Source: Candidatus Eiseniibacteriota bacterium
Lineage (GTDB): Bacteria > Eisenbacteria > RBG-16-71-46
Direction of reading: 5' to 3'
DNA length: 64,000 nucleotides
NCBI GenBank assembly: GCA_046327815.1
Contig: JAXLXR010000002.1
Span: 382,422 to 446,421 of the forward strand
Under the pieces are notes generated by a model. The model did no database searches. It was not told the origin of the DNA and saw nothing but the letters and a program-made list of their open reading frames with translations. The translations under genes and the position numbers were made by a program. This document shows positions 29,092 to 44,593 of the stretch, piece after piece. Each line of letters begins with the position of its first letter. The stretch's first letter is position 1.

Positions 29092-30573
29092 TCAGCGGCG
29101 CACCTGCAGCATGCCGCGGGCGAGTCCCTCGCGCGCGAACCCGAGCACGTCCACCTCGGCGGCCGCCGGGGCCACGTCGCACGCCTCGGCGAACGGCGCC
29201 ACCGCCTCGCGCAACGTGCGGGTGCCGTCGAGCAGGCCGAACAACAGCCAGCCGCGATCGCCCAGTTCGCGGTTCGTCGCGAACGCACCTTCGGGAAACT
29301 CGACGCGCAGCGAGGCCGGGGATTCGTGCGCGGGATGCGTCCACACGCCCGCGAACACCGCGCCGGGCAGGGGCGCGAGCACGCATTCGAGCAGCGCGTC
29401 GTCGGGCCGCGCGGCCGCGTGAATGCCCGCGAGCCAGTCGGCGAGCACGCCGGGTTCCGGCGGCTTGCGGCCGTGATGCTCGACCACGATGCGCGGCAGC
29501 ACGGCGCCGTCGGCGCCGGGCCGCTGCACCACGAGCAGCACGTTCGTGAACGCGGTGATGCCGAGCGCGTCGTAGTGGTCGCGGTACGCGCGGGCCTCGC
29601 GTTCCCATTCCGCGCCGAGCGACGGATGCCCGACCGCCGCGACGTGCGCGGCCGCCTGGTCGAGCGACGCGCCGGGCCGGCTGATCGCCGCATAGCCCGC
29701 GTGCGCGTCGCCGATCGCGGCGGCGATGCGCTCGGCCAGCCGCGTGCCGGTGCGCTGGGGGTAGTCGAACAGCAGCAGCGCCGTGCCGCCGGGGGCGAGC
29801 AGTCGCGCGGCGTCGTGCACGAACCGCCACGCGATCTCGTCCCCGTACGCGCCGCCGTGCAGGAACGTCACCGGCGCGGCGTGCGGGTCGGCCAGGTAGG
29901 GCGGCTGTCCCAGCACGAGGTCGTACGTCTCGCCGCGCAGCGCCGCGCCGACGTCGCTCGCGCGCACGTCGAGCGGCACGCGGTTGAGGCGGGCGTTGAA
30001 GGCCGCGAGCGTGAGCGCGCGGGCATTGACGTCGGTCGCCGTCGCGCGCGCGCCGCGTGCGGCGGCGGCGATCGCCAGCGAGGCGGCGCCGCAACCCAGG
30101 TCGAGCGCGCGCGCCGCGGCGAAACGCGCCGCGTACTCGTGCAGGATCAGCGTGGTGGCGCCCGGGCCCATGACCGCGAGCGTGCCACCCTCGAGCGGAT
30201 CGGAGACGAACCACTGCTCGCCGATCGGCTGCACCTGGAACGGCGAACGCACGAGGTGGGCCTGCGTACCGGGCAGCACGAGCACGTCGCGCAACACGGT
30301 CATGAGCGGCTCGCCGAGCGCGTCGCGCACGGCGTCTCGCGGCGTCTCGTAGCCGTACACGAACAGCCCGAGCAGCGTGGCCACCGGGCCGGGGGTGCGA
30401 TCCAGCACGCGCCGCACGAACGGATCGCGCACGCCGGGCAACTGCCCGGGTTGCGTGCGCTCGGTGAGCGCGAACGCGTCCGGGGTGAAGCCCCGTTCGC
30501 GGAACACGGCCGTGAGCGAGGCGAGCGTCGAGTCGTCGAGCGCGAGCAGCGGATCGAGGGGTGCGAGCGGCAT
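29092..30573 (-). CDS. class I SAM-dependent methyltransferase (methyltransferase-small-domain type, N-methyl or amino-MTase like)
   Basis: Rossmann motif ALDLGCGAASLAIAAAA. Catalytic LGQPPY (an NPPY-like D/N-PP-Y/F motif). Start ATG 30571-30573 verified on the reverse strand. Confidence 0.7.
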   Translation of the reverse strand: MPLAPLDPLLALDDSTLASLTAVFRERGFTPDAFALTERTQPGQLPGVRDPFVRRVLDRTPGPVATLLGLFVYGYETPRDAVRDALGEPLMTVLRDVLVLPGTQAHLVRSPFQVQPIGEQWFVSDPLEGGTLAVMGPGATTLILHEYAARFAAARALDLGCGAASLAIAAAARGARATATDVNARALTLAAFNARLNRVPLDVRASDVGAALRGETYDLVLGQPPYLADPHAAPVTFLHGGAYGDEIAWRFVHDAARLLAPGGTALLLFDYPQRTGTRLAERIAAAIGDAHAGYAAISRPGASLDQAAAHVAAVGHPSLGAEWEREARAYRDHYDALGITAFTNVLLVVQRPGADGAVLPRIVVEHHGRKPPEPGVLADWLAGIHAAARPDDALLECVLAPLPGAVFAGVWTHPAHESPASLRVEFPEGAFATNRELGDRGWLLFGLLDGTRTLREAVAPFAEACDVAPAAAEVDVLGFAREGLARGMLQVRR

Positions 30574-31157
30574 GCGGTCCTCCGGGAAGGTCGCAGCATG
30601 CCGCAAGCGCGCGGCCGGCCCAAGCGCGCAGTCGGCACGATCCCGCCGTGCAGGCGCGACGAACGCGGTGGGGCGGATCGCGCGGCCCGCCCCGCGGCGG
30701 CCCCGCGAACCGCGTACAGGCCGCAGGAACTGAGCGATCCGGCGCGGCGGATTCGCACAACGAACGGCCGTGCGGGGCACGGATGGGGCTTTCGCACGCC
30801 CACCTGCGCGTGGCATGACCGTTGATGGACCGGCGCGGTCCCGCCCGTGGTGGGCGGACCGAATCGAGGACCCCTCCCATGCACACGTTCCGCTTCGCCT
30901 CGCCGTCGCGCATCCGCTCGTACTTCCGGAGCCCGCGTTGAACGCGGCCGTGGCGGCGGCTGCCGCGTTCGCCCCTCCGGGCGCCTCGGGCCGTTCCGGC
31001 GGCCCGCTCCGGGCTGCTATGTTGCGCGCGCTGTGGAGCACGCGGCGGCGCGGCGCGAAGATGCCCGCGGTCCGCGAGCGCGCTCCCGGCACGGCCCGCC
31101 CGCGGCGCGGCCGTCCCGACGCGCGGCCGCGCTGACATCCGACCCGGAGACCGTCTC

Positions 31158-31805
31158 ATGCGTCATCGCATCGCGCTCGCGCTCGCGTGCGCACTCGCGC
31201 TCGTGCCCGCCCAGTCCCACGCCGCGAAGACCGCGCTGAAGCCGGATGCGCGCACGACGAAGTCCGCGGTGGCGGTGTTCGCGGGCGGCTGCTTCTGGTG
31301 CATGGAGACGCAGTTCGAGGGCGTGCGCGGCGTGCGTACGGTGGTCTCGGGCTACACCGGCGGGCACAAGGCGAACCCGACGTACGAGGAAGTCTGCGCG
31401 CACACGACGGGGCACTACGAATCCATACAGGTCACGTTCGACCCCGCCGTCATCACCTACGAGCAGCTGCTCGAGCGCTTCTGGCACGGGATCGATCCCA
31501 CGCAGGCCGACGGCCAGTTCTGCGACATCGCCGAGACGTACCGTTCGGCGATCTTCTGGCAGGACGAGGCGCAGCGCGCCGCGGCGCTCGAATCGAAGCG
31601 CCGGCTCGAACGTTCCGGCGTGCTCAAGAAGCCGATCGTGACCGAGATCCTGCCGGGCAAGACCTTCTGGCCCGCCGAGGAGTACCACCAGGACTTCTGG
31701 AAGAAGGACCCGGTACGCTACCGCACCTATCGTGCCGGCTGCGGCCGCGACCGGAGGCTCGCGCAGCTCTGGGGCGGCGCCGCGACCCGGCCGCTCGTCC
31801 ACTGA
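31158..31805 (+). CDS. msrA: peptide-methionine (S)-S-oxide reductase MsrA, exported
   Basis: Signal peptide, then the canonical active site FAGGCFWCME and full-length MsrA similarity. Confidence 0.9.
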   Translation: MRHRIALALACALALVPAQSHAAKTALKPDARTTKSAVAVFAGGCFWCMETQFEGVRGVRTVVSGYTGGHKANPTYEEVCAHTTGHYESIQVTFDPAVITYEQLLERFWHGIDPTQADGQFCDIAETYRSAIFWQDEAQRAAALESKRRLERSGVLKKPIVTEILPGKTFWPAEEYHQDFWKKDPVRYRTYRAGCGRDRRLAQLWGGAATRPLVH

Positions 31806-31820
31806 ACGGAAGGAACCGTC

Positions 31821-32183
31821 ATGCCCGTGCACATCCCCGCACCGACCCGCATCACCGCCGCCGGGCATCCGCCCAAGCGCATCGAAGAGTTCGTCGGCCG
31901 CGTCAACAACGCCGAGGCACGGCTGAGCGTGGCGGTGATGACGAGCCCCGCGGGCTGGGTCGAGCCCGCGCAGCGGCCCGAGTTCGACGAGTACACGGTG
32001 GTGATCGAGGGCTGCCTGCGCGTCGAGCACGACGGCGGGATGCTCGACGTGCGCGCGGGTGAGGCCGTGCTCGTGAAGAGCGGCGAACGCGTGCGCTACG
32101 GCTCGCCGCACGAAGGGGGCGCGCGTTACGTCGCGGTGTGCCTGCCCGCGTTCTCGCCCGGCACCGTGCATCGCGAGGAATGA
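31821..32183 (+). CDS. cupin-domain protein
   Basis: Small beta-barrel signature (YTVVIEGCLRVEHDGGMLDVRAGEAVLVKSGERVRY). RBS GGAAGG before the ATG. Confidence 0.6.
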   Translation: MPVHIPAPTRITAAGHPPKRIEEFVGRVNNAEARLSVAVMTSPAGWVEPAQRPEFDEYTVVIEGCLRVEHDGGMLDVRAGEAVLVKSGERVRYGSPHEGGARYVAVCLPAFSPGTVHREE

Positions 32184-32258
32184 CGCGCGAGCGTGCGAAC
32201 GAAGAGCGGCGCGGCCCTCACGAGCCGCGCCGCTTCGTACCTGCTGCGCCGTCCGCGC

Positions 32259-33209
32259 CTAGAACTCCTCGGCGTGCATGTGCGTGCCCGGCGACGACAT
32301 GTCGCGGGTCTGGTTCGCCACGTCCGTGATGCGGTCGGCGATTTCGCCGGTCGCGCGGACCTGCTCGTCGAGCGAACCGAGGATGTTCGTCGCGGTCGCG
32401 TCCACGTTCTTCACCGACTCGCCGATCTGCGTCACCGCCAGCGCGGCGTGCTCCGTGGCGGCCAGCATCTCCTCGACCGTCTTCACGATGTCCTGGGTGG
32501 CCTTCGCGGTGTCCTGCGAGAGCACCTTGACCTCGTTCGCGACGACCGCGAAACCGGCGCCGTGCACGCCCGCGCGCGCGGCTTCGATCGTGGCGTTCAG
32601 CGCGAGCAGGTTCGTGTGACGCGCGATCCGCGCGATGAGCCCGACCACCGACTCGATCCGGCGGGCGGCGTCGCCGAGCCGCGCGATCGCTTCGGCCGAA
32701 CGATTCGATTCGTCCACGGCGCTGTGCGTCATGTCCACGGCCTGACCGAGGTGCGACTTGATCTCGGTGGTCGTGGCGTTGAGCTCCTCGCACGCGGCGG
32801 CCACGGCGTTCGTGGCGTTGGCCACCTCGGCGGCCACGCGGCTGCGCTCGGCTTCGAACGACCGCAGGCTGGAGGCGTCTTCCTTCATCTTGTACGCGGC
32901 CTTGTTGATCACGATCGCACTGTCGCGGTACGAGCCCATCATGCCGCGCGTCAGGATCGGGCGGTGGAACAGGCCGTGGCTGCAGTGGTCCATGGCCGCG
33001 GCCGACTCGCGCACGTAGGCGTCCGCGATGTCGAGCAGCGCGTTGATCGCCGTGCCCACGCGGTGTGCGTCGCCGCTCTCGGGAATGCCGAGCACGCGGG
33101 ATTCGAGGTCGCCGTTCGCGGCGCGCTCGCACGCGTCCGCCACGTGGCGGAAGAACTCCGCGTCGCTCTTGTGCATGGCCGACGGGGCCGGCTTCGACAG
33201 CAGGCTCAT
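32259..33209 (-). CDS. soluble methyl-accepting chemotaxis protein (MCP signalling domain only; no TM or HAMP)
   Basis: Highly conserved MCP hairpin tip (ARHTNLLALNATIEAARAGVHGAGFAVVANEVKVLSQDTAKAT). 316 aa with no hydrophobic segments. Confidence 0.85.
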   Translation of the reverse strand: MSLLSKPAPSAMHKSDAEFFRHVADACERAANGDLESRVLGIPESGDAHRVGTAINALLDIADAYVRESAAAMDHCSHGLFHRPILTRGMMGSYRDSAIVINKAAYKMKEDASSLRSFEAERSRVAAEVANATNAVAAACEELNATTTEIKSHLGQAVDMTHSAVDESNRSAEAIARLGDAARRIESVVGLIARIARHTNLLALNATIEAARAGVHGAGFAVVANEVKVLSQDTAKATQDIVKTVEEMLAATEHAALAVTQIGESVKNVDATATNILGSLDEQVRATGEIADRITDVANQTRDMSSPGTHMHAEEF

Positions 33210-33763
33210 GCGATGCTCCTTTCGAGCCGCGTGTGCTCGGACAGGCTGAACACGAACTCGGCGTACGACTGGCCCTTCTGCTGCAGCAGGCCGGTCACCA
33301 TGCCCATCGAGGCCGACATGCCCTCGTGCAGGTTCGAGTGGCGACGTTCCTCGGCCACGAGACCGGCGTAGAGGTCCTTCACCTTGGGCAGGGCGTCGGG
33401 GTAGGGCACGCGGCGGTTCGAGTGGTAGCCGACGCAGCGTCCGTTCTTGTCGAAGCTCGGGGTCACGTGCGCGAACACCCAGTACTCGTCGCCGTTGCGG
33501 GCCTGGTTCAACACGTACGCGAAGATCTCCCGCCCGTCCTGCAGGGTGTCCCAGAGCAGCTTGAACACGCAGCTCGGCATCCCCGGATGGCGGATCAGGT
33601 TGTGCGGCTGTCCCATGAGCTCGGCCTCGGTGTAGCCCGAGACCCGCTGGAACACGTGGTTCGCGTAGGTGATGTGGCCCTTCAGGTCGGTCTTGCTGAC
33701 GATGAGTTCGTCCTGGCCGAACGTCACCTCGCGACCAGAGAGCGGAACGGTCTGCTTGCGCAT
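33206..33763 (-). CDS. Aer-type PAS domain protein (FAD-binding aerotaxis-sensor-like), soluble
   Basis: ELIVSKTDLKGHITYANHVFQRVSGYTEAELMGQPHNLIRHPGMP closely matches the Aer N-terminal PAS. The stop overlaps the MCP gene start by 4 bp. Confidence 0.8.
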   Translation of the reverse strand: MRKQTVPLSGREVTFGQDELIVSKTDLKGHITYANHVFQRVSGYTEAELMGQPHNLIRHPGMPSCVFKLLWDTLQDGREIFAYVLNQARNGDEYWVFAHVTPSFDKNGRCVGYHSNRRVPYPDALPKVKDLYAGLVAEERRHSNLHEGMSASMGMVTGLLQQKGQSYAEFVFSLSEHTRLERSIA

Positions 33764-33979
33764 GCGACTCCTCCGAGTCATCACCCGTCTCGCGCCCGAA
33801 ACGAACCGTCGGCCGACGGACCGGACGAGTCGCGGGATGGGGAGTGGCGCCGCGCCTCGCGCGTCGCAACTCGGAGTCTCGGTTCGGTCCGCCCGAACAT
33901 TGAGGGGCGGCGCCCCTCGCGGGTCGCCGCCCCTCGGGCGGTCCGGCAAATGCCGGTCGTACCGTGCCGCGGCCGGTTC

Positions 33980-35515
33980 TCAGGCCACGCCGGCGGCGGT
34001 GCGCTCCTCTTCGCGCAGCCCGTAGAGCGGCTGGTACTTGCTCCACAGGTAGTCGAGGTAGGGCTCCAGCCGGAGCGGGCCGCCGGTCGCCCGGCGGGCG
34101 AGCTCGTCCGCCGTGTACTTGGCGCCGTGCTGGTAGACGTTCTCGCGCAGCCAGCCGTGCAGGACGTCGAACCGGCCTTCGGCGATCTGGGCGGGAATCG
34201 CGGGATGCGCGGCGCACGCCGCGCCGAAGAACTGCGCGCTGAGGATGTTGCCCAGCGTGTAGCCCTGGAACACGCCGCCGATGAGCCCCGAATACCAGTG
34301 CACGTCCTGCAGCACGCCGTGCCGGTCGTCGGGCACCGGCAGCCCGAAATCGGCCTCGAAGCGCTCGCGCCACACGTTCGCCAGGTCCTTCACCTCGACG
34401 CGCCCTTCGAGCAGGTTGAGCTCGAGATCGAAGCGCAGCATGACGTGCAGGTTGTACGTGACCTCGTCGGCGTCCACGCGCACGAGCGAGCGCTCGACGC
34501 GGTTGATCGCGCGGTAGAAGTCGTCGAGCGCCACGGCGCCGAGCTGCTTCGGGAACGCCGCCTGCAGCGCCGGGTAGAAGTGCTGCCACATGCCGCGGCT
34601 GCGGCCGACGATGTTCTCCCACAGTCGCGACTGGCTCTCGTGCACGCCCGACGACGTGCCGTTCGCGAGCGGCGTGCCTTCGAAGTCGCGGCGGATGCCC
34701 TGCTCGTAGAGCGCGTGCCCGCACTCGTGGAGCGTCGAGAACAGCGCGTCCGTGAGGTCGTTCTCGCGCACGCGCGTGGTGATGCGCACGTCGCCGAGCG
34801 AGAACTTGGTCATGAACGGGTGGTGCGTCAGGTCCTGGCGGCCGCGTTCGAAATCGTAGCCGTACTTGCGGATCACCCCGAGGCCGAAGTCCAACTGGTC
34901 CTGCGTGGCGGCGAACTGCGCGAGGCAGGACGCGTCGGCGAGCGGGCGCGACGTGATCGCCCGCACGATCGGCACGAGGCGCGTGCGCAGTTCGGAGAAC
35001 AGCACGCGCACGTCGGCGGCCTTCATGCCGTAGTCCTGGAACCCGATCAGCGGGTCGGCGATGTGCGCGCGATCGGGAAAGCACTCCGCCACGCGCCGGC
35101 TCAGGTCGAGCGTCTTCTCGAGGATCGGACGGACCGCGGCGAAATCGTTCGCCGGCCGCGCCACGGTCCACGCCTGGTAGCTCACGGCCGCGTGCTCGCT
35201 CGATTCCGCGATCAGCGCCGCGGGGATGCGCACCGACTGCTCGAACTCGCGGCGGGCGACGCGCACGATCGCGGCCTCGTCCGAGTCGTACGACAGCGAC
35301 GCGGTCTCGCGTTCGGCGGCCTCGATCAGCCGGCCGACTTCGGCCGACGTGAAGCGTTCGTGCGCGAGCCGGCTGAGCAGCGCGAGCTGGCGGCCGCGCG
35401 CGTCGGCGCCGCCCGGGGGCATGTACGTGGCCTGGTCCCACCCGAGCAGCGCGGCGGCGTGCTTGAGGTCGAACACTTCGAACAGGACCTGCTTGAGCGC
35501 GTTCAAGGACTTCAT
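33980..35515 (-). CDS. carboxypeptidase Taq (M32) family metallopeptidase
   Basis: HEXXH in HECGHALYEQG, plus full-length M32 similarity (HPF..., DVHWYSGLIG, GYTLGN). Confidence 0.85.
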   Translation of the reverse strand: MKSLNALKQVLFEVFDLKHAAALLGWDQATYMPPGGADARGRQLALLSRLAHERFTSAEVGRLIEAAERETASLSYDSDEAAIVRVARREFEQSVRIPAALIAESSEHAAVSYQAWTVARPANDFAAVRPILEKTLDLSRRVAECFPDRAHIADPLIGFQDYGMKAADVRVLFSELRTRLVPIVRAITSRPLADASCLAQFAATQDQLDFGLGVIRKYGYDFERGRQDLTHHPFMTKFSLGDVRITTRVRENDLTDALFSTLHECGHALYEQGIRRDFEGTPLANGTSSGVHESQSRLWENIVGRSRGMWQHFYPALQAAFPKQLGAVALDDFYRAINRVERSLVRVDADEVTYNLHVMLRFDLELNLLEGRVEVKDLANVWRERFEADFGLPVPDDRHGVLQDVHWYSGLIGGVFQGYTLGNILSAQFFGAACAAHPAIPAQIAEGRFDVLHGWLRENVYQHGAKYTADELARRATGGPLRLEPYLDYLWSKYQPLYGLREEERTAAGVA

Positions 35516-35639
35516 GGCGGGATGCCTCCGGAAGGTCGAACGGTCGTGCGATCGCCGGGCATCCTACACCGAGGTCCCGAACGCGCGCGCGCCCGGCGGC
35601 GTGGGCCACCGGGCGCGGCGTGGGTGTTCGGGAACGGGC

Positions 35640-36497
35640 TCAGTCGCCGAGTGCGGCGGGCTGGGCCGGGCCCAGCGGACCACGCTCCGTGCGGCCTTCG
35701 CGGGCCGACGGCGCACCGCTCTCGCGGCGCACGTGGTCGAGCACGTGCTGGTGCCGGTCGTCGCCGCCGAGCGCATCCTCGAGCCGGTCGAGCACGGCAC
35801 CGAGCGCGCGCAGCGCCTTCTCGGGGCCGACCGACGCGGTCGAGACCATGCGCTGCAGCCGGGCCACGAGCACCTGCAGGCCGCTGGTGTCGGGCGCGAG
35901 CGCGGAGCCGGCGGTACCGGCCGAACCGTCCGCGGTCGGGGACTCCGGGTCCTCGGCCGGGCGTGCCGGGCCGAGGAACACCGAACCCGGATCGCTCGCG
36001 TCCACGGGCACCGGGCGCGCTTCACCCGCGATCGCGGTGAGCGACGCGCTCGCCTCGAAGTCCGCGGCGAAGCCCGCGAGCGACGAGAACTCGCCGCGGC
36101 CGACGTCGGCCGCGCTCGCACCCTCGCTGCCGCGGAAGAACTGCCGCAGTTCGCGCCCGAACTGCTTGACGAGCTTCTCGATGTCGGCGCGTTCCTGCTC
36201 GTTCAGGTCGCCCTGCACGGTGATCTCGAAGCTCGCGCTCGATTCCAGCGACAGGTAGCTGGCCTGCGCGCCGCGCGAACGGATCGAGGCGAACGTGGCG
36301 TCCGCTTCGAGGTGGGCGGACAACGTCACGGTGTCGCCCTCGAGCGTCTTGATCGTGAGGTCGCCGCTCGCTTCGCGATGGGCGCTCGCGGCGACGAGGT
36401 TCGTGGCGGCATTCGTGCCTTTGCTGACCGAGCCGTCGGTGCGTTCGAGCGTGGGCTCGTACGGCATCAGGCTCGGCGATCCGATTCCGGAAACCAT
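35640..36497 (-). CDS. hypothetical protein (285 aa), last gene of the two-kinase operon
   Basis: RBS GGAGGA 6 nt before the ATG at 36495-36497. Coding-like GC3 bias. No domain recognised. Acidic, low-complexity C-terminal half. Confidence 0.5.
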   Translation of the reverse strand: MVSGIGSPSLMPYEPTLERTDGSVSKGTNAATNLVAASAHREASGDLTIKTLEGDTVTLSAHLEADATFASIRSRGAQASYLSLESSASFEITVQGDLNEQERADIEKLVKQFGRELRQFFRGSEGASAADVGRGEFSSLAGFAADFEASASLTAIAGEARPVPVDASDPGSVFLGPARPAEDPESPTADGSAGTAGSALAPDTSGLQVLVARLQRMVSTASVGPEKALRALGAVLDRLEDALGGDDRHQHVLDHVRRESGAPSAREGRTERGPLGPAQPAALGD

Positions 36498-36574
36498 GAG
36501 CGATCCTCCGTCCATGAAAGGGGAACCACGTCACGGAGTCTCGGGTCGTCCGGCGAATCCTTGAGAGCCGGACC

Positions 36575-39019
<2,445 letters not shown>

Positions 39020-39021
39020 GG

Positions 39022-39609
39022 TCAGGGCGCTCCGTCCACCACGTGTGCGAGCGCGAGAAGCCGCGAGCTGATCCGCAGGCCGGCCTGCTCGGCGCGCTGG
39101 AGGCTGATCTCGAACCGCACGCGCGGCGGTGCGCCCGTGAAGTTCACCATGCCGCCCCGCTGGGCGAAGCCCTCGAGGTCGGACAGCGTGACGACCGGCG
39201 CCCCGCGAAACGCGGTGAGGATCTCGTCCACGTGCGCCGATTCGGACCCCGCCACGTACACGATCTGGGCACCCTTGCAGTCCTGGGCCCGGCGCGCGAA
39301 GCGCACGAAGAGCGGCTTGCCGTTCACCGTCCGAGCGCTGAGCACCGACGCGAGCGTCACGGCCAGGTCGTCCTCGCCGAGGATCGCGACCACGATCTGG
39401 CCGCGGTTCTGGGCGATCACGCCCTCCGGCCACTGCACGAACTTGGCCATGTTGCAGACCATGTCGGCCTTGATCGCGCTCGCGTCCGGGGCCTGCGCGA
39501 ACGCCGGCGGCACGACGGCCGCCAGGCAGGCGAACACCGCCCACGCGGCGCGCGCGAGCGCGTGGCGTGCGGCGGCGAAGCGTGCGCGTCGCTCGGTCAT
39601 TCCGGGCAT
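39022..39609 (-). CDS. YfiR-like (DUF4154) periplasmic protein
   Basis: Signal peptide. The DUF4154-like core ([17 protein letters not shown]...[11 protein letters not shown]...[16 protein letters not shown]...[18 protein letters not shown]) resembles Pseudomonas YfiR. Located 2 bp upstream of HK1. Confidence 0.65.
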   Translation of the reverse strand: MPGMTERRARFAAARHALARAAWAVFACLAAVVPPAFAQAPDASAIKADMVCNMAKFVQWPEGVIAQNRGQIVVAILGEDDLAVTLASVLSARTVNGKPLFVRFARRAQDCKGAQIVYVAGSESAHVDEILTAFRGAPVVTLSDLEGFAQRGGMVNFTGAPPRVRFEISLQRAEQAGLRISSRLLALAHVVDGAP

Positions 39610-39740
39610 CCCTGCTCCTCGAGGCGGATCGTCATGGGTGAACGCCGGCAGGAACCGGCGATGGCCAGTCTCGGCCGTGCCCGTCACTCCTTGAGTGAAC
39701 GCGCAGGGCGACGGGCGGGAGCCCGCGCAAATGGCGGCGG

Positions 39741-42835
<3,095 letters not shown>

Positions 42836-42839
<4 letters not shown>

Positions 42840-43825
42840 GATCCGGAATCCGGAAGTGCCTGCGTGGTCACGAGCGCACCGCCGCGGACGGGCGGGGCGA
42901 GTGCCCCGATCTCCACCAGTACGTCCCACGTGCGCGCGAGCGCGCGCTCGAACGGACCGCCGGGCGCGAGATTCGGACGCTGTTCCGCGAGGCTGACCAG
43001 ACGCAGGCCGGCCATGCCGTCGGCGAACGCCTCGGGCGCCAGCTGCTCGCGGTCCGCCATCACGTCGCGCGCCTCGTCGGGATGCTCGCGCGCCCAGTCC
43101 TCCGCACGCAGCACGGCCCGGACGACGGCGCGGTAGCGCGTGGCGTCGTCGGCGAGTGCCGCGCTGTCGGCCACGAGCACGTCGGCGACGAGCCCCGGGG
43201 CCTGCGCCGAATCGAACAGGCGGTGCACACCGCGGTGTTCGAGCAGCTCGAGCGAGATGGGCGGGAAGCACTGCACGGCCTGCACGCCGCCACGCTCGAA
43301 CGCGTAGTCCTTCTCGTTCTGCGGCATCGGCGCCAGCTCGACGTCCGTCAGCCGCAGGCCGGCGCTCGCGAGCGCGGCCCAGATGTTGAGCACGTCCACC
43401 GATCCCGCTTCGAGCGCCACCCGCCGGCCGCGCAGGTCGGTGATCGCGTGCACGGTGCTGTCGCCGAGAAGCACGTCGCCGCCCGCGGACCAGTCGAGCA
43501 CGAAGAAGGCCTGGGGACGGCGCCGCGCCTGCGCGTGACTGAACACCAGTTCGACGTTCGACGCCGCGAACGCGTCCACGGAGCCGTTCTCGAACGCCGC
43601 GCGCGAGTCGCCCGGGGACTCGAGTTCGACCAGCCGCACTTCGACGCCCTCTTCCCGGAAGAAGCCCCGCTGCTGCGCGAGGTAGAGGAACTCGTATCCC
43701 GGCCACGGGCTCATCGCCACGCGCAGCGGAGTGGGCGGCGCGGGAGCGCAGCCGCCGAGGCACAGAGCCACGGTGGCGCAGCCGAGGAGAATCGAGGATC
43801 GGGGTCGCGAGATGGTCGAAGTCAT
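42836..43825 (-). CDS. periplasmic substrate-binding-like lipoprotein (NMT1/SsuA/TauA-type fold, tentative)
   Basis: Lipobox [14 protein letters not shown]. Type-2 SBP-like sequence ([24 protein letters not shown]). 4-bp overlap with the HK2 start suggests a sensor-accessory role rather than transport (no permease or ATPase nearby). Confidence 0.6.
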
Positions 43826-43988
43826 GGAATGGCGGGGCGGGGCCGCGTGGTTGCCGCTTCGCGGCGCAGTCTCGGCGGCCTGCACCATTCCTGAACGACC
43901 GGTCTGCACGCGAACGGCCGATGACGCCGGCGCCGGCGCTCCCGAAGGAGTGCCGGCGCCGGTGCGATGCGCGCAGATGGCGGCGAAA

Positions 43989-44558
43989 TCAGGCGATCTC
44001 GATCGTCACCTGTTCGAGGACGAGCTTCTCGCTCGTGCGGCCGGACTGCGAGCCGCACTTCTCGAGTTCGCCGAGCACGTCCATGCCTTCGACGACTTCC
44101 CCGAAGATGCTGTGCTTGCCGTCGAGCCAGGGCGTCGGCACGAACGTGAGGAAGAACTGGCTGCCGTCGGTGCCCGGGCCGGCGTTCGCCATGGACAGCA
44201 GGCCGCCGCGGTCGTGGCGCACGTTCTTCGAGTACTCACCGTCGAACTTGTAGCCGGGGCCGCCGGTGCCGGTGCCCAGCGGGCAGCCACCCTGCGCCAT
44301 GAACTCCGGGATCACGCGATGGAACGACAGCCCGTCGAAGAAGCCCAGCCGCGCGAGGTACGCGAAGCTCGTGACGTGCATCGGCGCCACGTCGGGCATG
44401 AGGCGAATGACGATCGTGCCCTTGCTGGTGCGGCAGCGGGCGCTCCACGTCTGCGCGGGATCGAACGTGAGTGCCGTGGGCTTGGGCAGGCGCGTGCGCC
44501 AGCCTTCCTGGGTGCGGTCCACGCCGGCGGAAGCGATGAAGTCGTCGATGCGCTGCAT
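43989..44558 (-). CDS. peptidyl-prolyl cis-trans isomerase, cyclophilin type
   Basis: Cyclophilin signature (HRVIPEFMAQGG, LSMANAGPGTDGSQFFLT, GKHSIFGEVVEG). Confidence 0.85.
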   Translation of the reverse strand: MQRIDDFIASAGVDRTQEGWRTRLPKPTALTFDPAQTWSARCRTSKGTIVIRLMPDVAPMHVTSFAYLARLGFFDGLSFHRVIPEFMAQGGCPLGTGTGGPGYKFDGEYSKNVRHDRGGLLSMANAGPGTDGSQFFLTFVPTPWLDGKHSIFGEVVEGMDVLGELEKCGSQSGRTSEKLVLEQVTIEIA

Positions 44559-44593
44559 GCGGAACTCTCCTCGGAGTGATGAAAGCCGGACGC

